Part shown: positions 31,403-46,332 of the stretch, piece after piece | Position numbering within the stretch: the first letter of the stretch is position 1 | Layout of the letters: every line of letters begins with the position of its first letter | Assembly: GCA_964016885.1 (NCBI GenBank) | Contig: CAXHJY010001376.1 | Coordinates: 1-64,000, forward strand | DNA from: Eledone cirrhosa | Taxonomy: Eukaryota | DNA: 64,000 nucleotides | Direction of reading: 5' to 3' | Position numbers and translations under genes: made by a program | Notes under the pieces: generated by a model | Databases searched by the model: none | Seen by the model: the letters and a program-made list of their open reading frames with translations, nothing else | What the model was told of the DNA's origin: nothing

Positions 31403-31882
31403 TTATCGTTTTCGGTGCGCCCGGCCGATTAACTCACTCGATATGCAAATTAGGCTGCTCAGCCGTTAATATGCATAAGGAAAGTATATATTTTCAGACG
31501 TTCAATCATCTGGCAGGAAGGTATACGGTGCTGACGATAGCTAATAAGCTTGAAACTAGTACATCGTTCCTTTGTGAGTGTTGAACAAAAGGGCAACGAT
31601 GGTTGCTAAACACTGTACGGCTTAATTCGGGATGTTTGTTTACAAACATACAGAGCATTATAATAAATGTTCGGTGAATCCATACGTACATGTATATATG
31701 TGTGCATGTATGTATATATATATACATACTACTGTACGTCTGTATACATATATGTATGTACGTATACATACTTATATGTACTTATACACATGTACCTATA
31801 TATTGATATACACACTTAATTATACATGTATACACTCACAAAGACTTAAACACATGCATATGAGTATATATATATATATATA

Positions 31883-32073
31883 TAATTGTTTCTACTTTTG
31901 GCACAAGGCCAGCAATTATCCCAGTGTATTACTGGTAGTTTATTTTATCGACCCCGTAAGGATGAAAAGAAAAGTTAACCTCGGCGGGATTTGAACTCAG
32001 ACCGTAAAGGGCCGTAACTCTTTGCTGGAAAGCATGGCGTCCGACCCTCTACCGATACTACCAATCCACCGCC
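31883..32073 (-). mobile_element. SINE family 1, full length
   Basis: Sequence match to other copies. Confidence 0.9.
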
Positions 32074-32185
32074 CTAATGTGTGTGTATATAAAAGGAACG
32101 ATCGACTTTCGTCAAATCGGACCGAGGAAACAATGTTTCCATTGGTCTTTCCAATACTATCTATCGGTCACAACTCCACGTAGAA

Positions 32186-32287
32186 GGAGCAACGTGAAAT
32201 AAAGTGTCTTGCTCAAGGACATAACGCATCGCCCGGTCCAGGAATCGAACTCACAACCTTACGATTCCGAATCCAATTCTGTAACCA
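32186..32287 (-). mobile_element. tRNA-derived CORE-like SINE fragment, family 2
   Basis: Reverse complement: gagttcgattcc B box then gtccttgagcaagacacttt; matches 54860-54998. Confidence 0.7.
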
Positions 32288-32343
32288 TATATATATATAT
32301 GTATATATATGTATATATATATGTATATGTATATATATATGTC

Positions 32344-32568
<225 letters not shown>

Positions 32569-32587
32569 ATATATATATATATGTATG

Positions 32588-32640
<53 letters not shown>

Positions 32641-32641
32641 G

Positions 32642-32686
<45 letters not shown>

Positions 32687-32687
32687 G

Positions 32688-32778
<91 letters not shown>

Positions 32779-32840
32779 TACACATGCATATATATGTATA
32801 TATATGCGTGTGTATTTTTATATATATATATAAATATATA

Positions 32841-33030
32841 ACGAAGGAATTGTGGTAAGGAACCAGATGGACCATAACGCACCAGAGTACTCAATACTTA
32901 GGGTAGTAGAGTGGGTAATAGGAAAAAGTATGACCCCGACGGCAGAGCTCAAGCCGTATCGATGGCTATTTCAGTCCAGAAATAGCCGTCGAAACAGCTT
33001 GAGCTCAGCCGTCGGGGTCATACTTTTTTC

Positions 33031-33033
<3 letters not shown>
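32841..33033 (-). mobile_element. Family A fold-back PLE end (A2 variant)
   Basis: Palindrome apex gctatttc-agtcca-gaaatagc; gtcGAAACagcttgagctcagccGTCggggtc; long tail on the left. Confidence 0.8.
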
Positions 33034-33119
<86 letters not shown>

Positions 33120-33130
33120 TGCGTGTGTGT

Positions 33131-33227
<97 letters not shown>

Positions 33228-33549
33228 GAACAGATTAAAGTTTAAGTAAAGAATCGCTGCTATCACCCTTAACGGGATCTTCTGAAACAATATATAATCA
33301 TTATCGAGCCCTCTTCTGATTTTAATCTTCACACACACACATATATATATATATACACACATCTACATATATATATATATATACACACATACATTATATA
33401 AGTGCATGTCTTATGCAGGTTTTTTGTATGTTGCGTTATTGCATTTCTATATATTTACATGCCTACAGATGTGTATATACGTGTGTATATATGTATTAGT
33501 GCACATGTGTATGGTGTGTCTTTCACTGTGTGTATGTGTGTTTAGTATA

Positions 33550-33584
<35 letters not shown>

Positions 33585-34323
33585 GTATGTTCTTTCAAGA
33601 AGAAAGTGTCTCAGAAATGCAGACAACCCTTTTCAATGTAGGTTGACACGGGAGAGAGAAGAGAGAGGAGGGGAGAGGGAGAGGTGGAGAAAGAGAATGA
33701 GGAAAGAGAGAGAGTGTGTGAGGTGGAAAGAGAGAGATAGAGAGAGGGGTGGGCTGGAGAAGAAACAGTATAACCGTAGCAGACACCCGAAACTATATAA
33801 TTAGGTCACAGCTCTCTTATACAGACGGCATTGCACAGACCTAGATAGGGCAGAAACAACAGCAGCAGCAGAAACAACAACTAACACAACAGCAACAACT
33901 AACACAACACCAACAACTAACACAACACCAACAACAACAAATACAACAACAGCAGCAATGAACGCAACTACACAGCAGCAACAACACCACAACAGCAGCA
34001 ACAATAACAACTAACACAACAGCAACAACACCAACAGCAACAAATACAACAACAGCAGCAATGAACGCAACTACACAGCAGCAACAACACCACAACAGCA
34101 GCAGAAACAACAGCAACAGCAACAGCAACAAGCAACAACAACACCAACAAGCAACAACAACAACAGCAACTACACCAGCACCACTACCAACAACAACAAC
34201 AATGGCATCAACACCAACAGCAGCACCAACAGCAGTAACAGCAACACCAACACCACCAATAACAACAACAGCGGCATCAACACCAACAACAAGAAGTATA
34301 TAGACAAATATCTAGATATAGAA

Positions 34324-34453
34324 ATAATTGTTTCTACTTTTGACACAAGGCCAGCAATTACCTCAGTGCATTACTGGTACTTTATTTTATCGACCCCGTA
34401 AGGATGAAAGGCAAAGTTAACCTCGGCGGGATTTGAACTCAGACCGTAAAGGG
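34324..34453 (-). mobile_element. SINE family 1, 5'-truncated
   Basis: Sequence match. Confidence 0.85.
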
Positions 34454-34644
34454 ATACATAGTGATAAATATCTACTTTTTAAAAATAGGATCGTTGTAGT
34501 AAGAAGTGACAAAGAACTGGAGGTGTGAGGTTGGCCCGGTGATAAAAGGTCGCGGGTTCGTACCCTCTCTCGGGCACCGTGAAATATAGAATGGTGAAGG
34601 GACTCAACAGACAGTGACTTGACACCATGGGAATTGCTAGAGTT

Positions 34645-35750
34645 GGTTGTGGTAAATATTGGTAGCCCACTGTGGTGGGTAGTTGTGGTAAATATAGCTA
34701 GACCACTGTGGGGTAGTTGTGGTAATTATAGCTAGACCACTGAGGGGTAGTTGTGGTAATTATAGCTAGACCCTTGTGGTGGGTAGTTGTGGTAAATATA
34801 GCTAGACCACTGAGGGGTAGTTGTGGTAATTATAGCTAGACCACTGTGGTGGGTAGTTGTGGTAATTATAGCTAGACCTCTGATGGGTAGTTGTGGTAAT
34901 TATAGCTAGACCACTGAGGGGTAGTTGTGGTAATTATAGCTAGACCACTGAGGGGTAGTTGTGGTAATTATAGCTAGACCACTGAGGGGTAGTTGTGGTA
35001 ATTATAGCTAGACCACTGTGGTGGGTAGTTGTGGTAAATATGGCTAGACCACTGTGATGGGTAGTTGTGGTAATTATAGCTAGACCACTGAGGGGTAGTT
35101 GTGGTAATTATAGCTAGACCACTGAGGGGTAGTTGTGGTAATTATAGCTAGACCACTGAGGGGTAGTTGTGGTAATTATAGCTAGACCACTGTGGTGGGT
35201 AGTTGTGGTAATTATAGCTAGACCACTGTGATGGGTAGTTGTGGTAATTATAGCTAGACCACTGTGGTGGGTAGTTGTGGTAATTATAGCTAGACCACTG
35301 TGGTGGGTAGTTGTGGTAATTATAGCTAGACCACTGAGGGGTAGTTGTGGTAATTATAGCTAGACCACTGTGGTGGGTAGTTGTGGTAATTATAGCTAGA
35401 CCACTGTGGTGGGTAGTTGTGGTAATTATAGCTAGACCACTGTGGTGGGTAGTTGTGGTAATTATAGCTAGACCACTGTGGTGGGTAGTTGTGGTAATTA
35501 TAGCTAGACCACTGTGGTGGGTAGTTGTGGTAATTATAGCTAGACCACTGTGATGGGTAGTTGTGGTAAATATAGCTAGACCACTGTGGTGGGTTGTTGT
35601 GGTAAATATAGCTAGACCTCTGATGGGTAGTTGTGGTAAATATAGCTAGACCACTGAGGGGTAGTTGTGGTAATTATAGCTAGACCACTGTGATGGGTAG
35701 TTGTGGTAAATATAGCTAGACCACTGTGGTGGGTAGTTGTGGTAAATTTA
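34645..35750. repeat. 33/36-bp minisatellite, ~30 copies
   Basis: Unit ggtagttgtggtaattatagctagaccactg(tggtg|tgatg|agg). Confidence 0.95.
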
Positions 35751-35944
35751 GGGAGATACTGTAGTGTGTAGTTTTAGTAAATATAAGATATTGTGGTATC
35801 TATATACATTGTGGTATGTAGTTGTGGTAAAATATAGGGAGATGTTGAGGTATAGACAGCGTGGTATGTGGTAGCAGTAAATACAGTGTAGTATATATAG
35901 ACAAGATTATGTTAATGGATTTTAAGTGGTTTTTGTACCAACAT

Positions 35945-36240
35945 CTCATCTTTTCTTCTTTTTCTTCTTAGCCCATTCTTGGGAGGAACGTGGGGGTAGA
36001 GTCCTGAACCAACTGACGTGGATGCGGGTGGATTCCCAAGCCAGGTGAACCCGGGTGGACCCCCAAGCGAGACTAGCCGAGCTCATAGATGTTATCAAAC
36101 CATCTTGCTCGGTGTCTACTCATGGGTCTTTTGTCCAGAGATTCTTTCCTAAGATATTCCAACCACATGCCCATAGTATCGGAGCTGTAATCTCTCAATT
36201 CGGAGAAGAAGTAACAGCTCCACTTGGAGATCCAACTTAG
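35945..36240 (-). mobile_element. RTE-clade LINE, degraded 3' end of ORF
   Basis: Hand translation of minus strand: LQVELLLLRIERLQLRYYGHVVGIS*ERI / RPMSRHRARWFDNIYELG*SRLGVHP, like the RTE/Rex3 C-terminal LRWFGHV...RPxGRPRxRW motif; purine-rich tail. Confidence 0.7.
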
Positions 36241-36305
36241 AGTGAAAGCAGAATTTTTCTGTTTAAACTTTTAATCTGTACAAACAATAAATATTTGGTC
36301 TACGT

Positions 36306-36347
<42 letters not shown>

Positions 36348-36356
36348 CTTTATTTC

Positions 36357-36391
36357 CCTCCGAAGAAGAGATATTATCTCGAAAATTAAGG
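36357..36391 (+). ncRNA. Minimal hammerhead-like motif (U4C variant)
   Basis: cct-CCGAAGA-a-gagat att atctc-GAAA-at-TA-agg just after (TA)n. Confidence 0.55.
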
Positions 36392-36505
36392 ACATTTTAA
36401 TAAATTCAAGGTAAAGGACGAATTATCAACAACATCTTTTACAATTGCATTCTTTTTTCTATGTCCATATCTGCATTGTTTTGGCTTTATTACACATATT
36501 CAAAC

Positions 36506-36549
<44 letters not shown>

Positions 36550-36635
36550 TAGTTAAGCAAATCAAGACCACACCCTCACATAGAAGACATGAGTCGAAAA
36601 GTATCAACATTAAGTGCGGTTTAATATAAAATAGG

Positions 36636-36689
<54 letters not shown>

Positions 36690-36734
36690 ATCCTTATCGA
36701 GTCCTCTTTGAATTTTGGTCTGTGTTTATTATCA

Positions 36735-36812
<78 letters not shown>

Positions 36813-36824
36813 TCTACTGTTATA

Positions 36825-36949
36825 CTAACCCTAACCATAACCCTAATCCTAACTCTATCGATAACCCAAACCCTAAATATAACCCAAGCTCTAACCCTAA
36901 CCAAAGTCCTAACCCTAACCATAACCCAAATCCTAACTCTAACCCTAAT
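36825..36949. repeat. Degenerate interstitial (TAACCC)n telomere-like repeat
   Basis: ctaaccctaaccataaccctaatcctaac... about 20 hexamers. Confidence 0.75.
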
Positions 36950-37372
36950 TTCTTGTAGTATTCAGCTGTTTGTTTGCAGCCTTTCTGTTGGCGTCGAGGG
37001 GGAATTCTTGCAAATAGCAACAAACCTACTGAGATGTAAAATTTCTGGTACGTAATTTCACTGGTTAGCCACGAAATAGTTAATGATTATAACATACTGT
37101 AACTAATTGAGTAATAGAATATAACTGTTAATGCTGCAGTAAAGGAAACTTACACACAGCCCAAACACTTCACTAGACTGGGTTTTAATCAAGTTTATTA
37201 ATTAAGATGCAATATCTAATAATTAATATAGCATGATTCTTTTTTAATGAGCACAAAGTATGAATGATAAATGATTATTTACTATGTTAGAACAGTTTAA
37301 AGTTTTCATTCGTTATATCGTTAATGTGCATGTGTATATGTCTTTGTATGAGTGTGTGTGTGTGTGTGTGTG

Positions 37373-37491
<119 letters not shown>

Positions 37492-38094
37492 GTGCATATG
37501 TGTGTGTGTATGTGTGTATGTGTGCGCGCGAGTATGTATGTATGTATGTTTGTATGTTTGTTTTTATGTTTGTTTGTATGTATGTTTGCGTATATATATA
37601 TATGTATGTAAATGCATTCGATGTTCAGAGAGTGGGATTGGCCCTGTGCAAAGCCTTTCTTCACTTAAAACAGCTTCAAGCGCAGATATCGCTTGATATG
37701 TGACATGTTTTTGCGATGCATGGCATTGCTGGCCATAGGCAAGCCCCTTACAGGCCTAAAAAGCCACGTCCGTGATACTCATGCTTAAGTATCAAGTGAT
37801 GGCATTACTCGAAATCGAGTTGTATGTATGTATGTATGTAGGTAGGTAGGTAAGTATGTCTGTCTGTCTATCTCACCTTTGGCATATGGTAGAGATGTCT
37901 CTAAAACAAAACATACGATCCCGATATTTTTGTGATTAAATATTCTCCCTTCTCTTCACAAATCAATAATGGATAACCATGAGCTCTGATTAAGTTTAAT
38001 TCTTTCCTTACCATATTTCTACTAAAGGACATTGCTCATGAATTTCAAATAATCTGGAAATGAAAAATTTGGAAGGATTTATTAATATAACCAA

Positions 38095-38500
38095 CGTTAG
38101 CATCGGACATTCTTTGCGGCATATAGTTACGTTCCTTTGCATTCTGAGTTCAAATCCCGCCGAAGTTAGTTTTGCCTTTCATCCTTACGAGCTCGATAAA
38201 ACAAAATAAACTACCAGTAATGCACTGGGGTTGATTTAATCGACTTTCCTCAGCTCCAGAATTGTTGTCCTTGTACTTAAATCAGAAACCAATATTAAGA
38301 TGCTGTTTGAGGGCGGTTGATTGGCAGTTCGTTCGAAGGTCGGACAAAATATTTTGCAGTATTTAGTTACGTCCCTTTACGTTGAGGTCAAATTTACATT
38401 TCATCCTTTCGGGGCTGATAAAATAAAGTATCTGTTAAGTACTTGGATCGATTTAATCGATTTCTCCACCACAATTGCTCGCCTTTGCCCTGAGATTAGA
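38095..38500 (+). mobile_element. Two diverged SINE-1-type copies in tandem
   Basis: Central tttcatcct...gataaaa...taccag domain occurs twice. Confidence 0.7.
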
Positions 38501-39605
38501 AAGTAAAAATCATTAATTTGACATTTGGAACTTAACTTGGCCAAGCAATTCCTTTTTTTCCTGATAGAGACATGTTTAATATATAACTTTACAAAGGTTC
38601 TTACATAAAATTGCGATGGAGAGATGTTTGATAAATGTAAACACTTTAAAACAGTTTTGTATCATAACAAATCAATGGCGGTTTCCGGTGGTTTGTTAAA
38701 GAAAGGGTTAAAGTATCTCACGATTATGATTGCATCTTTGGTCATTGTCACTCTTATCAACGCCCACCTCCTCGGCGACACACATACACAATTTTCGTAC
38801 ACGTGGGTGCTAACCACATATCACCCAATCAAAGACAGTTATGATTTATCTATTTGAGATATGAGGAGATTTTCTCAGCTATTCATTTAATAAGATAATT
38901 GAAACTAAACTGTAATGGATACGTATGTTCGTGACATTCTGCCTCATGTGTCGTGTTCCAAAACAACATCACAAATAGATAAATATGATTATGAAGAAAC
39001 ACAAGCTTCTCTGTTACTCTTTTCTCTAACATAAGAGAGATACTTATAATGTCGAATATCAGTTCTTCCATATGTGCATTAAAAAAAAAAAAAAAAACTT
39101 TACTATCATTAGCGTCGGACAACATGCTTCTGAGTTCAGATTCAACCGAGGTTAGCTTTACCTTTCATCCTGACGAGAACGATAAAATAGATATCACTAA
39201 CCTTGTCATGTCTCAGAGGACGGGCTTTTTCGTATTTATTTGTGTCACTGGTAATAACCCCTGCAAATTCACATCCTGGCCATTTTTGCTTTTTTAAACT
39301 GCAGTTAACCAATGCATGTATTGTACGTGGCCTAAAATATGAAGAAAATAACGTTAATGAGAAAGTTCGATGGTTTATAGAGATAAATATATGATGTGTT
39401 CACTGTTCGGGGACAGAGAAAAGCACTAATGAGAGTAGAACTCAATACATGTTTAGATGTTGAGTAGAGTTAGAAATACGACGAAAAATTCTCATTTGGG
39501 CCAATTCACAGGATCACAGGATTCAGATTAATGCGCCAGGTAACTTGAGGGAAATTTGGTAGATGGAAACTATGCGGAAGGCAGCCCTTTGTTTATGTGT
39601 GTATA

Positions 39606-39638
<33 letters not shown>

Positions 39639-39731
39639 GCAAAAAGAAAACAGAAAAAACAAAGCAAACGACACAGTACTATGAAGAAATATATTAATTT
39701 AACACTTGATATAGTAGAAAAAGAGTTAACG

Positions 39732-39778
<47 letters not shown>

Positions 39779-39921
39779 TGTCGTAATTTAGCAGTTCAAC
39801 AAAAATAGATCGATAAAATAAGCACCAGGCTTGGAAAGGAAATATATACTGGGTTCGACAAAAATTTCTAAGGTGGTGCCCCACCATGTCCTCATCTTAT
39901 CGGCTGGAGCACGTAATAGAG

Positions 39922-39961
<40 letters not shown>

Positions 39962-39963
<2 letters not shown>

Positions 39964-40058
39964 CGAAGGAAATGTGGTACGGAACCAGATGGACCATAGC
40001 GCACCAAAGTACTCAATACTTAGGGTAGTAGAGTGGGTAATGGGGTCCTACTCGTTCC

Positions 40059-40060
<2 letters not shown>
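39962..40060 (-). mobile_element. Family A PLE tail with very short inverted arm
   Basis: Matches family A tail; ends ggggtcctactcgttccTA. Confidence 0.7.
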
Positions 40061-40090
<30 letters not shown>

Positions 40091-40104
40091 TCTAATGTCA
40101 CCTG

Positions 40105-40287
40105 AAGGCCTGCAATTACCCCAGTGCATTACTGGTACTTTATTTTATCGACTCCGTAAGGATGAAAGGCAAAGTCAAATCCCGTCGAGGTTAACTTTGC
40201 CTTTCATCCTTACAGGGTCGATAAAATAAAGTACCAGTAATGCACTGAGGTAATTCCTGGCCTTATTGCAAAAGTAGAAACAATTAT
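40105..40287. mobile_element. Fold-back of two SINE-1 3' halves
   Basis: Minus half to ~40178 joined directly to a plus half starting atcccgtcgagg. Confidence 0.8.
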
Positions 40288-40316
40288 ATAAAACGGTAGT
40301 GGATTGACTTGGGGGT

Positions 40317-40718
40317 GATGTAACTTATTTCTAGCGTTTGATTGACCTCTTCAGTGTCTCCCACTTTGGCAGGTAGAGCAACAAGGGCTTGACTTGAGGA
40401 AGATGTAACTTATTTCTAGCGTTTGATTGACCTCTTCAGTGTCTCCCACTTTGGCAGGTAGAGCAACAAGGGCTTGACTTGAGGAAGATGTAACTTATTT
40501 CTAGCGTTTGATTGACCTCTTCTGTCTCTCGCATTTTGGCAGGTAGAGTAACAAGGGCTTGACTTGAGGAAGATGTAACTTATTTCTAGCGTTTGATTGA
40601 CCTCTTCAGTGTCTCCCACTTTGGCGGGTAGAGCAACAAGGGCTTGACTTGAGGAAGATGTAACTTATTTCTAGCGTTTGATTGACCTCTTCTGTATCTC
40701 CCACTTTGGCAGGTGGAG
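40317..40718. repeat. 85-bp minisatellite, ~4.7 copies
   Basis: Unit starts gatgtaacttatttctagcg at 40317, 40402, 40487, 40572, 40657. Confidence 0.95.
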
Positions 40719-41454
40719 CGCCATGTCTGATATGTGTAGAAGACAGTTTATAGAAGACCAACACCGAAAGAAATGGATAAGACAAAAACACCATTAACAA
40801 TTAAAATAAAACATTTTGGTGAGGTCAGTGAGCGGTCAAGTTTAGTTGTGTTGGTGAAAACTATACAAAGCAGATGTTGAAAATTTGATCTCAAAAGAAA
40901 TAATCAAAGAAGCACATTTTTCTTTATCGATTAGCCACTGTTCTGGCCCCCCAGAGGACTGTGTTTCATTTTTGATTGGCTGTTTAGATCAATAGCCCGC
41001 AAATCTGGAGGCTAGGAATTTTATCTTAATGGATATGTCTCTCTGTCTGTCTGGTCTCTCTCTCTCTATCTATATATATGTGTGTGTATGTGTGTTGTTT
41101 TGTTGTTGTCGTTGTCGTGCGGCTCGTGGGATTTCTTTTTCCTCCCTTTTTTCCTCACTTCTTTCTCTCCTTCTTCCTAATCTGTTCTCAATATTTCCTT
41201 TTAAATCACAGTGAGGACTTTCTGATCAGCGAAGCGGAACTAATCAAACTGCTATAGATATATAGTGAGAGAGGGGGCGGAGATATATATAGAGAAAGAG
41301 AGAGAGGACGAATGATAAAGAGAGAGTGAGTCAGACATGTCCACATCCTGCCAACTTAGAACATTCCATAAAGAATCAGAGATTTTAAATTAAAGTTGGG
41401 TTGGGGGATATCATTTTTATACTGGAATCAAATCCTTCGACAACGAATTCTCTC

Positions 41455-41593
<139 letters not shown>

Positions 41594-41689
41594 AATAGAT
41601 ACAAGTTATCCCCAAAAATGTATACACACTTTTGTTAGAATGCTGTTGAAGTGTGTATACATTTTGTGGGGACACCCTGATTATATCCG

Positions 41690-41820
41690 CATGCGGTTGA
41701 CAGCTGAGAGAAAAGAGTACTCAATACCGAAGAAATAGTTTTAATATTCATTTTATTAAGGCTGAATAATGAGTCTTGTTCCTCTGGAGTTTCGCCTGTT
41801 TGCCACAGGGTCATCAGGCT
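41690..41820 (-). mobile_element. Family C PLE end with hammerhead motif (cleavage triplet mutated) and tail
   Basis: Minus strand: CTGATGA-ccctgt ggcaa acaggc-GAAA-ctc ca gag-GA-acaagac; tail gtattgagtac at 41717-41727. Confidence 0.75.
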
Positions 41821-41946
41821 GAATGAGTTGGGGTCCAGAACCCAGCAACACTTAACTACCTGTTTATATCACTGTTGTAAATATTTATACCAAACATGGA
41901 CTGAGTGCTCTTACTCTTGGATATTTCAACCAAACTTTTACTACAG

Positions 41947-42050
<104 letters not shown>

Positions 42051-42208
42051 GAAAAGAATCAGGACCACGACGGCTGAGCTCCGGCCGTTCTAGCTGTCGA
42101 AACGGCTGGAGCTCAGCCGTCGGGGTCCTGACTCTTTTCCTATTACCCTAAGTATCGAGTACTCTGGTGCGTTATGGTCCACCTGGTTCCTTACCACACT
42201 TTCTTTGT
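42051..42208 (+). mobile_element. Family A fold-back PLE end
   Basis: Short inverted arm then gtcGAAACggctggagctcagccGTCggggtcc and tail. Confidence 0.8.
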
Positions 42209-42219
42209 TTTATATATAT

Positions 42220-42310
<91 letters not shown>

Positions 42311-43781
42311 AGTCTGTATTTTTTAAGTTCAAATGCATTGAAAACAATTTGATCTGTGACGTCACATGCTGCGACACTTTCTCAGGTGTCAGCCTCATCG
42401 TTTCGTCCACAAAGCATAGCGCCGCCGCCACCACCACCACCTCCCACAAAGGGAGGGGGGGTCGGAATGTGGCTAAATATCAGGCATTGACTGACCGTTG
42501 TCCTTTTACGCCAGTCGCCACTCAGACCTCCTCTGTTCCCGTCGCCCGTGCGGCTGATCTTTTTCAGAAAGTTTTCGTCGTGTTTTCCGTGGAGTACGAC
42601 TGACTTGGACCATTAGCTGCTATATCACCCGTGGGGCATAGCTGAATTACATCATCAGCCACCTTATTGCCCGTGGGGTACGGCTGACCTAGACCATCAG
42701 TTGCTATATCAATTAACTAATTGGCTTGATTAAGAATTGTTCGATATAGATATAGGAAAGAATAGAGGAATAATGTTCTGGTTACGTTTGTCAAGAAAGG
42801 ATAGGTGAGAATGCCTGAGGGTCGATCGGAGGCAGTGGTATGATCCTGGGACCTCATGACTACAAAGCAAAACATCTTAACTAATCGGACATACCTGAGT
42901 CTAAATATAATTAATGAGCAGGTGAATATAGAAAAGGATAAAGGGGAACGAATGAAAGATAAGATTGAAAGAAGAAAAGATAGGAAGGAAAGAAAGCTAG
43001 CGAGAGAAAGAGAGAAGTAATGAAAGAGGTAGAAAGACAGAAAGGGAATAGAGTAACAGAAATACTTAAAAAAGTGCTAAAAAGTGGTTTCCCCGCAAAA
43101 CCACAATGTATTTTCCAGCTATAAATTCTTGTCAAAGAAATAAATCTTTCTTTAAACGTGTTTAACATCTTACTGTCTGTTGTAAAACTGTTCAACACTT
43201 TGCTTGTTGTTTATATCATTTTTATTATGTTTTATTATTTTTCTCCCTTTTTTAGATATTTGGTCCACTCCCTCCCTCATCCTCCTACCCCCAGAAACCT
43301 TCCTACTTCATCGTTATATACTCCTCCGCCTCCTCCTTCACTTCAACGCCTTTTTTTTCCTCTTTCCCTGCCTTCATCAGATTGGGGCGCTCTGACACGA
43401 AGAAAAATGATTGCCACGCGTTATACACATATCCACATATACACACACATATCCACATGTACACATACACACACACACACATATCCACATGTACACACAC
43501 ACATATATACACATATACACATGTACACACACACACACACACACACATCTACATAGCCACATATACACGCACACATACATAGCCACATACACACACATCC
43601 ACATGCACACACATATCCACATGCACACACACACACACACTCCCAAATTCCATCACAAGACATTAGTCAATTCAAGAGTACAGAGTAGAAAATACTTGCC
43701 CAAGATAACGTGCAGCAGGACTGAACTCACAGTTGCATGGTTGCGAAGGAAACTCCTTAACTACACAGTCAATTCCCCCTC

Positions 43782-44277
<496 letters not shown>

Positions 44278-44279
<2 letters not shown>

Positions 44280-44476
44280 CGAAGGAAATGTGGTAAGGAA
44301 CCAGGTGGACCATAACGCACCAAAGTACTCAATACTTGAGGTAGTAGAGTGGGTAATAGGAACCAGTAAGACCCCGACAGCTGAGCTCAAGCCGTTTCGA
44401 CGGCTAATTCTGGACTAAAAATGAATTAGCCGTCGAAACGGCTTGAGCTCAGCTGTCGGGGTCTTACTGGTTCCTA
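44278..44476 (-). mobile_element. Family A fold-back PLE end (A2 variant)
   Basis: Arms 44356-44412 / 44424-44476; apex gacggctaattc...gaattagccgtc. Confidence 0.8.
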
Positions 44477-44910
44477 TATATATATATATATATATATATA
44501 CATGTCTAATGGTAGCTAAGATGCTTCCATAGGCGGTATGCCGGTAGAGCACTCTATGCAATTGTTTCCCCGGCGGACAGCTCGAGGTGCGACCCGTGTG
44601 TGGATCTACCTGACTCTAGACTCGCAGGTTCCTCGGACAGGTCTATTGGTTTCGGGGAAACAATTGTAACACAATAAATTGAGTTCCGATGCATCACTGA
44701 TTTTTCGTTTTCTATTCCATATATATATTTAATATAGAAATAGCTTCTACAGGACTGGAACTGTGTTTACCCCCGATTCAACCCGGGACAAACTTATACA
44801 TATATATATGTATATATGTGTGTGTGTGTTTGTGTGTGTGTGTATACTCTTTTACCTGTTCCAGCCATCCGGCTGAGGCCATGCTGGGGCACCGCATATA
44901 TATATATATA

Positions 44911-45103
44911 TTTTATTAAGGCTAAATAGTGAGTCTTGTTACTCTGGAGTTTTACCTGTTTATTTGTCTGGTGACCATGTGATAAACAGGCGAAACTCCA
45001 GAGTAAGAAGACTCAATATTTAGCCTTACTTAATGAAATAAATATTTAAACTCTACTTCCGTATTGAGTACTCTTTTCTCTCAGCCGTCAACCACATACG
45101 CAT
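44911..45103 (+). mobile_element. Family C fold-back element with hammerhead-like motif and tail
   Basis: Inverted arm, then ttgt-CTGGTGA(44968)-ccatgt gataa acaggc-GAAA-ctc ca gag-TA; gtattgagtac at 45061. Confidence 0.8.
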
Positions 45104-45214
45104 ACATATATATATATACTCACACACATATATGTGTGCGTGTGGTGAGTTTGGTGCCTATAAGGGCTAACTGCGGAACACAGTTTTCAGGAGTGATTGC
45201 CTTTATTGGCTTAA

Positions 45215-45530
45215 AGCTGCCGGAGATAATGTCATAGTAGACGTCAGTGTTAGTATTCACGTTAGAGCCTGGTGGAATGCTCAGTGTAGAGTTGGATGTA
45301 AAAAGGGTAGCGAGGGTAAAGACTTTCTCTTCTCCCCAGAGAATAATGTTCTGTGAACCATCTTGGTTGAAAATGGCGGAAAGGAGGACTCTTCAATCTT
45401 AGTGAAGCTCTTTTTTTAGAAAGACCAGATGATTCAACTGTGAAAATATGGCTCAACTGATCGATGTGTGGTGGCCTCATAAGAGTATAGGCACGAAAAA
45501 TTCATTTTTGTTTTCGGTGAATCTGCGCCA
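45215..45530 (-). pseudogene. Probable degraded Tc1/mariner (maT-like) transposase fragment
   Basis: Hand translation across frameshifts: FRAYTLMRPPHI...KKRA..R.K / SQNIILWGEEKVFT / IPPGSNVNTNTDVYYDII, resembling IxWSDEKxFT and GVKINxxxYxxIL. Confidence 0.4.
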
Positions 45531-46294
45531 AAGTTGTCAGGAATCCACAGCTCTGCAGGGTCTCCTTAATTATTTTGTTTGAAAAGGCGCCATTAGCTAA
45601 GTTCCATGCACTGAGCATAAGTTCTAATTCCTTTAATTTCCAGTTCCGTTGATTCTTCATTTCATTTTCATTAACAATCTTCGTATTGCCTTTTATATTT
45701 CAATTATAATAATCAATTAATTAAAAATAAAACGATATACAATTTTTTTATTTCGGAAAATAGAATATATCAAAATATTATTCCTTAAAACATAATACTC
45801 TAGGGAAAATATAGAAAATAAGCAATGTTGTTAATATATCACTGTTTTTTCGAGAATTAAAAACAACAAACAGAAGATTCTCTTATATTCTGCTTGTAGA
45901 GAAAAAAGTAAAAATTTGTTTTAAACGATGTAAATCTTTCAGAATCCAAACATTACTGAAAATAGGAAAGAAAAAATAAAACAGTAATATTATTTACCCA
46001 GTATTTAAAGAGAAATTACGATGTATCGGATTTAGAATAAATAAATCTTTACGATCTATCGGATTTAGAATAAATAGACTTACAGAAGCACGTGGTTAAG
46101 TATATATTTCACAAATAAACAATAGAATGATAAATACTATACAGTCCATATTTTCAGATTACATAAATATTAATATGTGTATACTGTTACTTAACAATGC
46201 TTTGAAACTGGGTTTTAAACAAAGAAATTATAGTTTTAATGAAGATTTTTGCGAGCGAAGAAAAACACCGTCGAGCGACTAGCTTACACGAAAC

Positions 46295-46332
<38 letters not shown>

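Noticed and set aside
34645-35750. CRISPR-sized 33/36-bp repeats
   Set aside because: No unique spacers; ordinary minisatellite
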